Notes: generated from the sequence alone by a model not told the origin. Positions 18,632 to 29,961 are shown, numbered from the stretch's first letter. The stretch: DNA of 64,000 nt from Gammaproteobacteria bacterium (GCA_021156105.1 JAJNBD010000011.1:48654-112653), one strand, 5' to 3'. Made by a program: numbers and translations.

Positions 18632-19717
18632 TTATCGCTTTAATAGTTTATCTTTTTCGTGACGCGCACAAGCTAAATCAATCAACGATTCAATTAAAGT
18701 AGTATATGGCAAGCCTGCTGCTTCCCACAGCATAGGATACATACTAATAGAAGTAAAACCTGGAAAGGTATTAATTTCATTTAAATAAACTTTTTCATCT
18801 TCGGTAACGAAAAAATCAACTCGGGATAAATCCGCGCACTCTAAAACCTGGTAAGCTTTAATCGCAAGCGCACGGATTTTATCGGAAAGCTCAGAAGAAA
18901 TTTTCGCGGGAATTTCTAGCGTAGCACCCTTTTCATCAAGATACTTGGCTTCATAAGAATAAAAATCGTGATGCAGAATAATTTCACCAACAACAGACGC
19001 TTTAGGGTTTTCATTACCTAATACTGCGCATTCCATTTCGCGTCCTTTAATGGCTTCTTCAATAATGATTTTACGGTCATGCAAAAAAGCTTCTCTTAAT
19101 GCCGAGTCAAATTCTTCACGTGAAGAAACTTTTGATACGCCTATAGAAGAGCCTAAATTACAAGGTTTTACGAAAAAAGGTAAACCCAAAGCTTCTACAA
19201 CTGCGTCAAAATCAACCTTTTGATAATCGCGAAAGGTAAGAAACTTTGCTTGACAGACGCCAGCATCACGTAAAAGACGCTTCATGACATCTTTATCCAT
19301 GCTCACAGCAGAGCCTAAGACATCACTGCCGACAAAAGGCAACCCCATTAAACGCAATAAACCTTGCATTGAACCATCTTCACCATTAGGTCCATGTAAT
19401 ACAGGAATTACCATATCAATTTTCGAAATTGCTAATGCTTGAGATGGCGCACGAATCAAATCCTGTGTATCACCAACATTTAATACCAAATCTTGGATAT
19501 CCTTGGGTTTTGATTCCACTCGTGTCATGCCCTGGTGCTCAAGCAAGGCTTTAGGATTAAGCTTATGCCAACGGCCTGATAAGTCTATACCCACAATACT
19601 TACATCATATTTTTCAGGATTAATTGCTTTATACACATTGGCAGCGGACCGTAAAGAAACTTCATGCTCTGAAGATTGGCCACCACATAAAATTAACAAA
19701 TGCTTTTTTGATGTCAT
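18632..19717 (-). CDS. ddl: D-alanine--D-alanine ligase
   Basis: GGQSSEHEVS, LHGPNGEDG, GSSIG, YEAKY, NEINTFPG. Confidence 0.96.
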   Translation of the reverse strand: MTSKKHLLILCGGQSSEHEVSLRSAANVYKAINPEKYDVSIVGIDLSGRWHKLNPKALLEHQGMTRVESKPKDIQDLVLNVGDTQDLIRAPSQALAISKIDMVIPVLHGPNGEDGSMQGLLRLMGLPFVGSDVLGSAVSMDKDVMKRLLRDAGVCQAKFLTFRDYQKVDFDAVVEALGLPFFVKPCNLGSSIGVSKVSSREEFDSALREAFLHDRKIIIEEAIKGREMECAVLGNENPKASVVGEIILHHDFYSYEAKYLDEKGATLEIPAKISSELSDKIRALAIKAYQVLECADLSRVDFFVTEDEKVYLNEINTFPGFTSISMYPMLWEAAGLPYTTLIESLIDLACARHEKDKLLKR

Positions 19718-19775
19718 AAAAATAATTTCTTAGTAACTCCATTAACCAGCTTTTCACAGCTGCCAAGATAAATAC

Positions 19776-19812
19776 CAAGGTGGACACTTGCCTCGTACTT
19801 CTGTCCACCTTG
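19776..19812. repeat. REP-like hairpin after fba
   Basis: caaggtggaca-N15-tgtccaccttg. Confidence 0.5.
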
Positions 19813-19830
19813 CCTCCAAAATTAAGTTAA

Positions 19831-20895
19831 TTAACCATGAACTCTTGGGTCAAGTTCGCCTTTTTTGTAACGTTTATACATATCTTCCATTAAAAGGGGT
19901 TTAATTTTTGAAGCTTGTCCAGCAGTGCCAAACGCTTTATAACGCTCAATGCAAATATCTTTCATCGCATCTTGCGCAACGCCTAAATATTTCCTAGGAT
20001 CAAATTCTTTTGGATGCTCAGCTAAAAAGCGACGGATTGCCCCTGTTGAAGCCATGCGTAAATCGGTATCAATATTAATTTTACGTACGCCATACTTAAT
20101 TGCTTCTTGAATTTCTTCTACGGGCACACCATAAGTTTGGCCAAGCTGACCACCGTATTGGTCAATAATTTTTAACCAGTCTTGAGGAACACTTGAAGAA
20201 CCATGCATCACTAAATGGGTGTCAGGAATACGCTTATGAATTTCTTTAATTCGATCAATAGCAAGAATATCGCCTGTTGGTGGACGGCTAAATTTATAAG
20301 CACCATGGCTGGTTCCAATCGCAATCGCAAGGGCATCAACTTTAGTTTCTGCAACAAACCTTGCTGCTTCTTCAGGGTCCGTCAACAGTTGGCTATGTGA
20401 CAAATGACCATCAGCACCAACGCCATCTTCTTTACCGGCCGTACCGGTTTCTAAAGACCCTAAACAGCCTAATTCACCTTCTACAGAAACGCCACATGCA
20501 TGCGCCATTTCTACCGTACGTCGCGTGACTTCTACGTTATATTCATAAGATGCTGGCGTTTTCTGATCCTCTTTTAAAGAACCATCCATCATCACGGAAG
20601 TAAAACCCAACTGAATGGAGCGCTGGCAAACATCGGGTGAGGCACCATGGTCTTGGTGCATACAAATAGGAATATGCGGAAACTCTTCGCTAGCTGCAAT
20701 GATTAAATATTTTAAAAACATAGGGCCAGCATACTTTCTTGCTCCTGCGGAAGCTTGTACAATCACAGGGCTATTCGTTTCATGAGCCGCTTCCATGATG
20801 GCGCGCATTTGTTCTAAATTATTAACGTTAAAAGCAGGAATGCCATAACCATGTTCTGCCGCATGGTCAAGCAATTGACGAAGTGTAATAAGCAT
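19831..20895 (-). CDS. fba: Fructose-bisphosphate aldolase class II
   Basis: [37 protein letters not shown]. Confidence 0.96.
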   Translation of the reverse strand: MLITLRQLLDHAAEHGYGIPAFNVNNLEQMRAIMEAAHETNSPVIVQASAGARKYAGPMFLKYLIIAASEEFPHIPICMHQDHGASPDVCQRSIQLGFTSVMMDGSLKEDQKTPASYEYNVEVTRRTVEMAHACGVSVEGELGCLGSLETGTAGKEDGVGADGHLSHSQLLTDPEEAARFVAETKVDALAIAIGTSHGAYKFSRPPTGDILAIDRIKEIHKRIPDTHLVMHGSSSVPQDWLKIIDQYGGQLGQTYGVPVEEIQEAIKYGVRKINIDTDLRMASTGAIRRFLAEHPKEFDPRKYLGVAQDAMKDICIERYKAFGTAGQASKIKPLLMEDMYKRYKKGELDPRVHG

Positions 20896-21019
20896 GAGTT
20901 TTCCTTAAAATCATCCCGTTGCTAAATGCGCTGGGTTTAAATTTATTTAAATTGATAAACTTCTGCTATTATACTGCAACGCTAATTTGGTTCAACTATA
21001 ATTAAATTGAATAAATCTT

Positions 21020-22330
21020 ATGAGCCTCTTGACAAAACTTCGAACCATCGCCTCATTTTGTGTAGAAAAAGTCCGCGGTACTAGAAATTCCGCAGCCAAT
21101 ATACCGCTGCAGCAATTGCAGCAACCTTTACTCACTGTTACAGATGCTACGCCCACCTCCCAATTGCCGATTCCTGTGCCAACTCAAACACCAAGCTTGA
21201 GCGAGCGCTTTTGGAATTCGAGTATTTTGGATGCCATGAGTAAATGGACGAATCCGATTAGCTCATCACTAAAAAAGTTTTTTATTGTCTTGAATCTTTC
21301 TGGCGCTTTATTCGTGCAATTTGGCGCTCGTACAACTTACGATTTTATCGCGCCTTATTTAAATGTGACTTTAATGGGTTTAGCCACCACGTTAATGCTT
21401 ATAAAATACGCACTTATTTGCCACGGACGTTCAATAAAATATACCGATATCCCCAGCGAAGCAGGTGAGAACTTACTAAACAATTTTTTACTTTGGGATT
21501 ATTTAGGCGCCAACAAAATCGCTATTGGCTGGACAGGCCTTCCGCTCATTGTTGCAACTAGTTTTGGCGAAGAAAGCAATAAAAATATCCATAATCATGG
21601 TTTGCCTTTTACGCAAAATGTTTCGCAAGACAAATCTAATTCTAAGTTACATCGCTATTGCAATATCTGCTTGCGTATCGGACAGCGCATACTTCAAATG
21701 ATTTCAGTATATTTGAATGCTTTTGTTTCGCTCTCCCGCCTTATTTCTTTTTTATCAGAAACTTCTCCAGAAACTGAACAGCCACTACTGGCTAGCTTTC
21801 GCTGGGGGGTTAGTGCCAGCTGGGCGGGTCTAGTATTACTTACCTTTTTCTTACTTGCTCGTGCTATTTTAAATAATCCACATGGCACACGCATACAAAA
21901 CAGTTTTTTATTTAAACTATCAAGCGCTCTTACTTTTTTAAATGTCTTTAAAAATATTTTTTGGACAAACTTTTCTGCTATCGGTTTTTTTACCACCGCT
22001 TGCGCTGACTTAGCAAGAAAAGCACCTTTTGTCGTTGGAGTTAACCCGCTCACCTTAGTGTATAGTTTAATCTCCTTCACCTTTGGATTTTTTAGTGCGA
22101 GAGAGGCTGTCCAATTACATAAGCAGCGACATATCGATATTCAAGAAATAACCGATGAAAATCTGCTGGTGCAGCAAAGATCTGAACCAAGTTCATGTGG
22201 TACTTTCGCGCACTCGCTGGCCGTTACTTTTACCGGAGAACGAAAAAGAGTTACGCAACATCAAGATCAAGATCAAGATCAAGAATCAGGCCACGCAATG
22301 GACAGATTAGAAATTACTCCGAGGGTTTAA
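21020..22330 (+). CDS. Orphan multi-TM protein with disordered termini, candidate effector
   Basis: 436 aa ORF with several hydrophobic segments, Q/P/T-rich N-terminus and QDQDQDQ tail; no recognisable family. Confidence 0.6.
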   Translation: MSLLTKLRTIASFCVEKVRGTRNSAANIPLQQLQQPLLTVTDATPTSQLPIPVPTQTPSLSERFWNSSILDAMSKWTNPISSSLKKFFIVLNLSGALFVQFGARTTYDFIAPYLNVTLMGLATTLMLIKYALICHGRSIKYTDIPSEAGENLLNNFLLWDYLGANKIAIGWTGLPLIVATSFGEESNKNIHNHGLPFTQNVSQDKSNSKLHRYCNICLRIGQRILQMISVYLNAFVSLSRLISFLSETSPETEQPLLASFRWGVSASWAGLVLLTFFLLARAILNNPHGTRIQNSFLFKLSSALTFLNVFKNIFWTNFSAIGFFTTACADLARKAPFVVGVNPLTLVYSLISFTFGFFSAREAVQLHKQRHIDIQEITDENLLVQQRSEPSSCGTFAHSLAVTFTGERKRVTQHQDQDQDQESGHAMDRLEITPRV

Positions 22331-23144
22331 CGGATAAGAGATATAAACGGCGATAATCAGCACGTAGTACCGTAAAGGTAAAATCACCTAAATGAAATAC
22401 TTCACCTTTTCTTGGTACTCGATGAGCCTGAGCCATTAAAAATCCTCCAATTGTATTTGCTGCAGACTGCTCAGGGTATTGTGTCGCAAAATACTCATTA
22501 AACTCATGTAAAGGCATCATGGCTTTAACCACAAAAGAGCCATCTGCCTGTGGTTTGACGGTATAGCCTTGGTCTTCTTCCGTATCAGATTCGTCCGCAA
22601 TATCGCCTACAATTTGTTCAAGAATATCTTCAATTGTCACCAAGCCCACCACACTACCATATTCATCTACTGCAACAGCCATATGCTGGCTAGTTTGGCG
22701 AAATGCTTGCAATAAGCTTTCCAAACGCTTAGTCTCTGGGACCACCATAACAGTACGTACATAATCTTCAAAATCAAAATTAGTCATTTTGCTAGGATCA
22801 ACTAACAAAGGCAGCAAATCTTTGGCTAATAAAACACCAATAACGTGCTCATATTTTGCATCAAAAACAGGAAAACGTGAGTGCCCAGACTCAGTTACTC
22901 TCGCAATAAAATCTTCCGGTTTTTCAGTCACACAAAGCGAAGTCATCTGGGTGCGAGGAACAAGAATTTGCGAAACCGTCAGCTCAGAAACTTCCAATAC
23001 GCCTTCCAGCATCATCAAAGCATTAGCATCAACAACGCCTTCTTTGCAAACTTCACGCAACAGTTCAATTAACTCTGCAGTACTTTCTGGCACACGGTTA
23101 AACCAGTGTTGCACTTTTTCAAACCAAGTCTTATCTTCACTCAT
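22314..23144 (-). CDS. corC: CBS/CorC-HlyC domain protein
   Basis: SGHSRFPV, VDEYGSVVGLVTIEDILEQIVGDI; downstream of ybeY. Confidence 0.92.
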   Translation of the reverse strand: MSEDKTWFEKVQHWFNRVPESTAELIELLREVCKEGVVDANALMMLEGVLEVSELTVSQILVPRTQMTSLCVTEKPEDFIARVTESGHSRFPVFDAKYEHVIGVLLAKDLLPLLVDPSKMTNFDFEDYVRTVMVVPETKRLESLLQAFRQTSQHMAVAVDEYGSVVGLVTIEDILEQIVGDIADESDTEEDQGYTVKPQADGSFVVKAMMPLHEFNEYFATQYPEQSAANTIGGFLMAQAHRVPRKGEVFHLGDFTFTVLRADYRRLYLLSVKPSE

Positions 23145-23610
23145 AAGGATTTTTGATCCCTAATTTACTTAAAATTTTTATCTCTAGCGCTTCCATAATC
23201 ATAGCATCAGATGCTTTAATATGGTCGTATTTAAGCAGATGCAAACAACCATGAATTAAAATATGCGCAAGATGGTCTTGGAACTTTTTATCTTGCTCCT
23301 GGGCCTCTTTAGCAATAACCTCTTCACATAATACTAGATTGCCTAAAAATATTTTTCCTTTAGGTAATGGAATCGCCTCTTCAAAGGATAATACATTCGT
23401 CGGATAATTTTTTTTCCGGTATTGCTGATTCAAAGCCTTTATCGTATCTGCATCAACAAAGTCGACATGTAAACTAATATCTTTATTATCAGCATTAGGT
23501 GCATGATCGGTTTCAGCTGAATCTAAGGCTAACTTTATCCAGCTTTTCATCAAAGCTTTTGTTGGCAAGCACCGCTTTTTCAATGAAGAAAGAATATTGA
23601 TTTTTATCAT
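23137..23610 (-). CDS. ybeY: rRNA maturation RNase YbeY
   Basis: LNQQYRKK..PTNVLSF, HILIHGCLHLLKYDH; ATGA overlap with cysQ. Confidence 0.95.
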   Translation of the reverse strand: MIKINILSSLKKRCLPTKALMKSWIKLALDSAETDHAPNADNKDISLHVDFVDADTIKALNQQYRKKNYPTNVLSFEEAIPLPKGKIFLGNLVLCEEVIAKEAQEQDKKFQDHLAHILIHGCLHLLKYDHIKASDAMIMEALEIKILSKLGIKNPYE

Positions 23611-24401
23611 GAAAAAAATTGGCTCCATCCAACCGAAGGATCAGCAACTGCTAAAAAATAAGGATTCTGATACGTTTCGCGCAAACCATAAACCAGTGGT
23701 TTGCCATTTAAATCCATGACACAGCCACCAGCGGCCTCAACAATACATTGACCTGCGGCCGTGTCCCACTCGGAAGTAAAACCTAACCTCGGATAAAGAT
23801 CAACTAAACCTTCTGCCAATAAACAAAATTTCAATGAGCTGCCACGCAGTAATAATTCAGCTTGAGAATAATGAGAGCTAATTTTTTCAATTGCATTAAC
23901 ACCATGACGGCGACTAGCCATGACTCGAACTGCTTGGTGCGAATCTAAAGCAACAGCATGAATTTCCTCGACCCCTGTCGTTGTTTTTTTCCAAGCGCCA
24001 GAATGCTCGCTAGCATAATAAACAGTACCACTAACAGGAACGCCAACAACCCCTAACACGGGACGATGGGCATCAATTAAAGCAATATTAACGGTGAAAT
24101 CACCATTTTTTGCTAAAAATTCTTTCGTGCCATCAATAGGATCTACCAACCAAAAGCGCTGCCAATTTTGACGTTCAGCAAAAGATACATCACAAGATTC
24201 TTCAGAAATAATAGGGATATCAGGTGTAAGACTTTTTAATGTCTCCAGAATCATTTGATTAGCAAGATCATCTGCTTTAGTAAAGGGGGAGCCATCATCC
24301 TTAAGCAATAATAATGATTCATCTTGAGAACGGTAAAGCGGTAAAATAGCTTTACCCACTCGCTCAACCAGTGCAATGATTTGAGATAATAACTCAGCCA
24401 T
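23607..24401 (-). CDS. cysQ: 3'(2'),5'-bisphosphate nucleotidase CysQ
   Basis: SPFTKAD, ISEE, WLVDPIDGTKEF, EWDTAAG. Confidence 0.95.
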   Translation of the reverse strand: MAELLSQIIALVERVGKAILPLYRSQDESLLLLKDDGSPFTKADDLANQMILETLKSLTPDIPIISEESCDVSFAERQNWQRFWLVDPIDGTKEFLAKNGDFTVNIALIDAHRPVLGVVGVPVSGTVYYASEHSGAWKKTTTGVEEIHAVALDSHQAVRVMASRRHGVNAIEKISSHYSQAELLLRGSSLKFCLLAEGLVDLYPRLGFTSEWDTAAGQCIVEAAGGCVMDLNGKPLVYGLRETYQNPYFLAVADPSVGWSQFFS

Positions 24402-24945
24402 GATTTTTTAAAAACTCCAAGGCCAAAAATAGTGCAGCAATACAACGACCTTCAGTAAAATCTTCACGCTCAAGCAAGGTATCAATTTTAGCAATCGGCC
24501 ACTCTACTACTTCCAAAGGCTCTGGCTCATCTCCCTCTTGCTTTTCAGGGTATAAATCTTGCGCCAGTACACAATGCATGCGAGATTTCATATAACCTGG
24601 AATAGCAGTCATGAGTTTCATATAAGTTAGCTTACGCGCGCCAAACCCAACTTCTTCCATCATTTCGCGATTGGCAGCTTCGCAAGGATCTTCTCCAGGC
24701 TCCATAATACCCTTAGGAAAACCTAACTCATAACGTTCTACACCAACACTGTATTCTCGAATTAATAAAAGCGTATCTTGATTCAAGACTGGAACAGCAA
24801 GCACAGCCGCGTCACCGCGCGTACGCACATACTCGTGCGTCCTTTTGATGCCATTGCTGAATTCCAAGTCTGCTTGCTCAATAGTAAAAATGTTGCCTTT
24901 AGCAGCAACACGACGCTCAAGAATTTTTGGCAGTATTTTAGTCAT
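24394..24945 (-). CDS. nudE: ADP-compounds hydrolase NudE
   Basis: LEFSNG..R.HE, Nudix box G-x5-E...ANREMMEEVGF, EGDEPEPL; adjacent to cysQ. Confidence 0.92.
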   Translation of the reverse strand: MTKILPKILERRVAAKGNIFTIEQADLEFSNGIKRTHEYVRTRGDAAVLAVPVLNQDTLLLIREYSVGVERYELGFPKGIMEPGEDPCEAANREMMEEVGFGARKLTYMKLMTAIPGYMKSRMHCVLAQDLYPEKQEGDEPEPLEVVEWPIAKIDTLLEREDFTEGRCIAALFLALEFLKNHG

Positions 24946-24951
24946 AGACCC

Positions 24952-24988
24952 GCCCCTTATTTTTTCCCTTCTCAGCAAGAGAGAGGAA
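24952..24988. repeat. Degenerate copy of the BoxC-like GC-rich palindromic repeat
   Basis: gccccttattttttcccttctcagcaagagagagg aligns with gccccctcatccccggcccttctcccc..ggggagaaggg. Confidence 0.4.
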
Positions 24989-24992
24989 AATA

Positions 24993-27341
24993 CTAGAACT
25001 GCGTACCAAAGTTAAAGTTAAACCATTGCTTCTTATCATCCTTACGCGCATTCAAAGGGTCAGCAAAGCTAAAGTCAATCATTCCAACAATTGGAACACG
25101 CCATTCAACATCTAAACCAGTAGAATATCTTACAGGACCGGCATGCGCATCCGAAGAGCCGCCCGTAATCGCTGTTGCTGCATGGGTGTTATAAACGTTA
25201 CCAGCATCCACAAACCAGGAAGTCCTTAAACGGTCAGGGCTAATGAAGTTCGGGAAGATAACAGCAACTGAGCCATTAACAGCCATGTTGCCCCCTAATG
25301 AGTTACCTAATGAGTCAACAGGACCTAAGCTGTTATTTTCAAAGCCTCGCACGACGGCATTCGTCTGCGCACCACCGGCATAGTAGTTTTGGAAGAAAGG
25401 CAAGTTTTGCGTGCCACCAAAACCATTACCATAATTAACGCCCCCAAGTGCACTGAAGATAAAATCTTTCACGATCGGATGATACCAATGCGTGTTATAA
25501 CCTAGTTTATAGTATTTTAATTTATGCTCGCCTAACGGTAAGGAAAGCTGGCTAGTTGCCCCTTGTGTTAGACCATCTGTTGGGAAATTCGCGCGATCTA
25601 ACCCATTGCGGTTCCAACCAAGATTCAACAACGCTTGATCGAAAATCAAATTCGAGGTTGAAGGCACATTATATTGATTAAAGAAATCTAAAACCTGCAA
25701 AGATGGTGCTGAACCAACACCAATTTTACTGTTTTCATAACCATAACCAAACGTGATTTGATCATTTTTTTCAGAAATAGGCACACCATAATTTACTGCA
25801 GCACCAAAATTTTGATAAGAGTAATTTGCAATATTTACTGCACCTGGATCAAAGCGTTGCGCGTAAACATTGACGCTGCGCGAAATGCCATCAAATGTAT
25901 AGTAAGGATTGAAATAAGTAATGTTATAAGATGTTACATAAGGCTGTTTATTAAAAGATAAACTTAATGCCTTACCGGTTCCTAATAAGTTATAGTTATT
26001 TAATGACGCACCAAAACCCCAACCGTTAGTACCATAGCTTACTTGACCCACAGCGGTTGCAGGAGGAGATTCTGTAATAGTGTAATGCAAGTCAACTTGA
26101 TCAGGCTTACCAGGCACTGGCACGACATCAGATTTTGCATCTTGAATATATTGGCCTAAGTTTTTGATACGTCGTTCCGTTTCTTTAATAGCGCTCGTAG
26201 AGGACAAGGAGCCTTCTAGCTGGCGCGCTTCACGGCGTAGCACAATATCTGAGGTTTGGTTGTTTCCGGTAAAGATAATGCGATGTACATAAACACGCTT
26301 GCCCGGGTCTACAAACAGACTGAGAGCAACCGTTTTATTTTGCTCGTCAATTGTTGGTGTCACGGTAATATTTGCAAAAGCATAACCTTTATCCCCTAGT
26401 GCATCGGTCATAGCTTTTTGGGTTGCGGTTAATTTTGCTTTGGAAAAAATATCACCTGATTTCAGCTTAAGCATTTTTTCAAAATCAGTAAGCGGCAAAA
26501 TGGTATTGCCAAGAATTTTTATTGCGCTTACTTTGTATTGGTCGCCTTCAGTTACCTTGAACGTAACATAAATTGCATCACGCTTAGGTGATAATGCCGC
26601 TTGAGCGGAATCGACTCTTGCATGTAAATAACCATGGTCTTGATAAAAATCAACCAGCTTATTAGCAGAACTATCTAATTTCTCGCTTGAATATTCGTCT
26701 TCTTTGGTAAAGAAACTGACAATATTCGTCGTCGCAATATCTAATTGTTTAATTAACTCACGCTCACTGAAAACATGATTACCCACAATCTGGATTTGCT
26801 CAATTTTTGCAACGCGACCCTCGGAAACATTAATTAGAATGGTAACCCGGCCTTGTTTATCTGCTTCAGAAATTTTCGTGGTAACCTTCGCGTTATACCG
26901 CCCCATAGAATAATATTGCTGTTGCAAACTATCCACAAATTTATCTAAAGAGGCTGCATCGTACTCTAGGCCTTCTTGTAAACCTGCATTTTTCATTACT
27001 TCTTGAATCTTATCTTTTGGAATAAGTTCATAACCAGAAATTTTAATACTGCCAATCACTGGACGCTCTTTCACATCAATCACTAAAGTTGAGCCATCTC
27101 GGTGAACAGAAACATCTGTAAAAAAACTAGTTTTATACAAGTCTTTAATTAATTCTGAAGATTTTGCCATATCAAAAGACTGGCCAACAGAGACAGGGAG
27201 ATAACTTAAAGCCGTTTGCTCAGTAACACGCTGTAAGCCATGGAAAATAATTTTTTGTACAGTAAATGTATCAGCCAAAGCACCAGAACTTGCACCTAAG
27301 CTAGAAATAACAACAATAGGAGTAATGAAGCGTTTAAACAT
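24993..27341 (-). CDS. bamA: Outer membrane protein assembly factor BamA
   Basis: Signal peptide, POTRA repeats (GLQRV, GNHVF, GNNQTSD.VLRRE), VRGF motif, C-terminal FNFGTQF. Confidence 0.95.
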   Translation of the reverse strand: MFKRFITPIVVISSLGASSGALADTFTVQKIIFHGLQRVTEQTALSYLPVSVGQSFDMAKSSELIKDLYKTSFFTDVSVHRDGSTLVIDVKERPVIGSIKISGYELIPKDKIQEVMKNAGLQEGLEYDAASLDKFVDSLQQQYYSMGRYNAKVTTKISEADKQGRVTILINVSEGRVAKIEQIQIVGNHVFSERELIKQLDIATTNIVSFFTKEDEYSSEKLDSSANKLVDFYQDHGYLHARVDSAQAALSPKRDAIYVTFKVTEGDQYKVSAIKILGNTILPLTDFEKMLKLKSGDIFSKAKLTATQKAMTDALGDKGYAFANITVTPTIDEQNKTVALSLFVDPGKRVYVHRIIFTGNNQTSDIVLRREARQLEGSLSSTSAIKETERRIKNLGQYIQDAKSDVVPVPGKPDQVDLHYTITESPPATAVGQVSYGTNGWGFGASLNNYNLLGTGKALSLSFNKQPYVTSYNITYFNPYYTFDGISRSVNVYAQRFDPGAVNIANYSYQNFGAAVNYGVPISEKNDQITFGYGYENSKIGVGSAPSLQVLDFFNQYNVPSTSNLIFDQALLNLGWNRNGLDRANFPTDGLTQGATSQLSLPLGEHKLKYYKLGYNTHWYHPIVKDFIFSALGGVNYGNGFGGTQNLPFFQNYYAGGAQTNAVVRGFENNSLGPVDSLGNSLGGNMAVNGSVAVIFPNFISPDRLRTSWFVDAGNVYNTHAATAITGGSSDAHAGPVRYSTGLDVEWRVPIVGMIDFSFADPLNARKDDKKQWFNFNFGTQF

Positions 27342-27451
27342 GCGTCTGTCTCGTGATTACAGGAATTATTAAGCCTACTATTATATCATGGATCCCAAGA
27401 ACTTATATGCTATAAAAAGTAGCAGATTTAAGAATGGCAACTGCATTTACC

Positions 27452-28384
27452 CTAAACCTCTAACTCTTGAACAAATTGCAAATGATGAGGGACTTCTAAT
27501 ACTGAAATTGCCGGCGGAAACATTCTCAACACAAACTCGCCTGGCTCACTAAGTTTTAAGGTAATATCTCGAGGAGAATCTGAATCAAACACCAGGAGTG
27601 GCTCTGGCCGGTTAACCTTTAGGTAAACTTCATAGCTGGAAGACACTTGAATTAAAGCACTATTTTGTTCGCTACTAGGGTCACCCAGATAAAAGACTGT
27701 CTCCGCCTTAACCCCATATTTACTCTCTATTTTAGAATAATAATATCGGGGTAAAAAATTTTCTTGGCTCGATGAACATAGTTGTGGAAATTTAGTTTGT
27801 AAGCTTTCACAAGCCACCGTACCTATAGGTTCGACAAGTTCTAATGCTGCCCACAACAACTCATTATCATGTGTTAACTGGCTTTTTATATATGCTAAAC
27901 GGGAATCCTGAGGGAGTTTTATCGTGCATTCTCCATTGACGATTGCCCGCCCTTGCCCTAAAACCCGATTAAGATAAGATCGTGTATTATCAGCGTGTGA
28001 AAGCTGATCTATCATCAAGGCAAAAAAATCATCGTTTAATTGTGATAAAAATGAAAAATCTGAGAGAGAAGTTGTTTCAGCAAACAATGAATGATGGGAT
28101 CCTAGTAGCCCAGGCAATATTTCTTTAAAACTGTCCATTTCCGATAACTCTGAGCTGTTATCCATACATAATGCCAATGGTAACTTCGGGGCAAACATCT
28201 TGTGAAGGTATAAAAAAATGCCATGGTCTGAAACTTTAGATTCCGTCTCACTTAGATTAACCCCTAAACTTTGCCAAGCCGTACGAAATATACGGGCTTT
28301 ACCAAAAAAAGGATGACATGGAGCCAAGCGTGCTAAAGTAGGCTCAGACAAATGCGCTAATACTTCTATTATTTTTGCTCGCAT
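27452..28384 (-). CDS. Hypothetical protein (orphan)
   Basis: 310 aa ORF with RBS aggggc and upstream TAGAAT; no recognisable family. Confidence 0.6.
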   Translation of the reverse strand: MRAKIIEVLAHLSEPTLARLAPCHPFFGKARIFRTAWQSLGVNLSETESKVSDHGIFLYLHKMFAPKLPLALCMDNSSELSEMDSFKEILPGLLGSHHSLFAETTSLSDFSFLSQLNDDFFALMIDQLSHADNTRSYLNRVLGQGRAIVNGECTIKLPQDSRLAYIKSQLTHDNELLWAALELVEPIGTVACESLQTKFPQLCSSSQENFLPRYYYSKIESKYGVKAETVFYLGDPSSEQNSALIQVSSSYEVYLKVNRPEPLLVFDSDSPRDITLKLSEPGEFVLRMFPPAISVLEVPHHLQFVQELEV

Positions 28385-28506
28385 AAAAAGCCCCTAAAAC
28401 GTATCTAGGTAGCTCCATTCTAACCAACCACAAGCAAAATAACAAATATCTTATTTATTATAAAATATAAAAAGATTACAAAATAAGACCACAACAAGCC
28501 TTCCTA

Positions 28507-28950
28507 CTATTGGCATGCTTTCATTTTACTAACGGCAAGCCTAGCCGCTTGATCCACCAATTCATTTTCTCGATGGCCGTTATGCCCTTTTACCCAATGC
28601 CAATGAATTTGATGCGATTGAATCGCTTCATCAAGTTGCCGCCATAAATCTTCATTTTTAACCGGTTCTTTATTAGAAGTTTTCCAACCACGTTTTTTCC
28701 AATTATGAATCCATTGCGTAATGCCCTGGCGAACGTATTCAGAGTCAGTGGTAAAGTGAATTTCACAAGGCTCTTTAATGCTTTTTAGCGCTTCAATAGC
28801 GGCCATTAGTTCCATACGATTATTGGTGGTTAATGTCTCGCAACCGGAAATTATTTTCTCATGTCCTTGATAACGCAATAGTGCCGCCCATCCGCCAGGA
28901 CCAGGATTACCAGAACAAGCACCATCGGTAAAAATTTCTATCTGTTTCAT
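28507..28950 (-). CDS. rnhA: Ribonuclease HI
   Basis: [40 protein letters not shown]. True start is MKQIEIF. Confidence 0.97.
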   Translation of the reverse strand: MKQIEIFTDGACSGNPGPGGWAALLRYQGHEKIISGCETLTTNNRMELMAAIEALKSIKEPCEIHFTTDSEYVRQGITQWIHNWKKRGWKTSNKEPVKNEDLWRQLDEAIQSHQIHWHWVKGHNGHRENELVDQAARLAVSKMKACQ

Positions 28951-29035
28951 AAAAGGTCTCTGTTTTACGGAGAAAGCCCACAACCTCACAAAAGCCAGGT
29001 GTATAATATACAAAAAACCCAGGATTATACCATTT

Positions 29036-29953
29036 ATGTCTGAAAATATTTCTTGTATCAAAACTTTTTTATTAGACTTCCAGCAACGATTTTGCCATAC
29101 AATGGCCAACATCGATGGCAAAGAAACATTCTTGCAAGATAGTTGGCAGCGAGAATCCACCAGCGTTTTACAAGGCAACGGCATTAGCTGTGTATTAGAA
29201 AACGGCGCTGTATTTGAAAAAGCAGGCGCAAATTTCTCTTGTGTGTCAGGCAAAACTTTACCTCCTTCTGCAACAGCACACCGCCCGGAACTCGCTGGCG
29301 GTGCTTTTTCAGCTTTAGGCGTATCTATTGTTATGCATCCTCTTAATCCTTATGCGCCAACAAGCCATGCCAATGTCCGCTACTTTGAAACCATTACGCC
29401 TGATGGCAAACAACATGGCTGGTTTGGCGGCGGCTTTGATCTAACACCTTATTATGGCTTTGATGAAGACTGCATTGAGTGGCATCAGCACGCCAAAGTT
29501 GCTTGCGACAGCTTTGCCCCCAATGCTCATGCTAAATTCAAACAATGGGCCGATGAATATTTTTATTTAAAGCATCGTCAAGAAGAACGTGGCATTGGTG
29601 GAATTTTTTATGATGATTTGAGCGAACCTACTTTTGAAAAATGCTTTAGTTTTATGCAAGCTGTTGCGGAAAATTATTTACTTGCCTATGAAAAATTAGT
29701 CACCCGTAGAAAATCGCATGCTTACGGTGAACGTGAAAGAAATTTTCAATTAATGCGCCGTGGACGATATGTCGAATTCAATTTGCTTTATGACCGCGGC
29801 ACCTTATTTGGCTTACAGTCCGGCGGCCGCACAGAATCAATTCTCATGTCACTTCCTTCGCCCGTTGCTTGGACTTATGATTGGAAGCCAGAGCCCGGCT
29901 CGCCAGAAGCAAAGTTAACCGAATATTTTTTGCAACCGAAAGACTGGATTTAA
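29036..29953 (+). CDS. hemF: Oxygen-dependent coproporphyrinogen III oxidase
   Basis: [50 protein letters not shown]. Confidence 0.97.
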   Translation: MSENISCIKTFLLDFQQRFCHTMANIDGKETFLQDSWQRESTSVLQGNGISCVLENGAVFEKAGANFSCVSGKTLPPSATAHRPELAGGAFSALGVSIVMHPLNPYAPTSHANVRYFETITPDGKQHGWFGGGFDLTPYYGFDEDCIEWHQHAKVACDSFAPNAHAKFKQWADEYFYLKHRQEERGIGGIFYDDLSEPTFEKCFSFMQAVAENYLLAYEKLVTRRKSHAYGERERNFQLMRRGRYVEFNLLYDRGTLFGLQSGGRTESILMSLPSPVAWTYDWKPEPGSPEAKLTEYFLQPKDWI

Positions 29954-29961
29954 TTAATAGA

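Noticed and set aside
19831-20895. CbbA-type aldolase as evidence of a Calvin cycle
   Set aside because: This class II subtype is the ordinary glycolytic aldolase in many proteobacteria; no RuBisCO or prk nearby.
22316-22330. PDZ-binding motif at the end of the orphan TM protein (ITPRV)
   Set aside because: Position -2 is Pro, not Ser/Thr or a typical hydrophobic residue.
28951-29253. N-terminal extension of RNase HI overlapping hemF
   Set aside because: ORF-caller artefact. Homology starts at MKQIEIF (28950). The same applies to extended starts of apt, yajC, dcd, nudE and the MFS gene.
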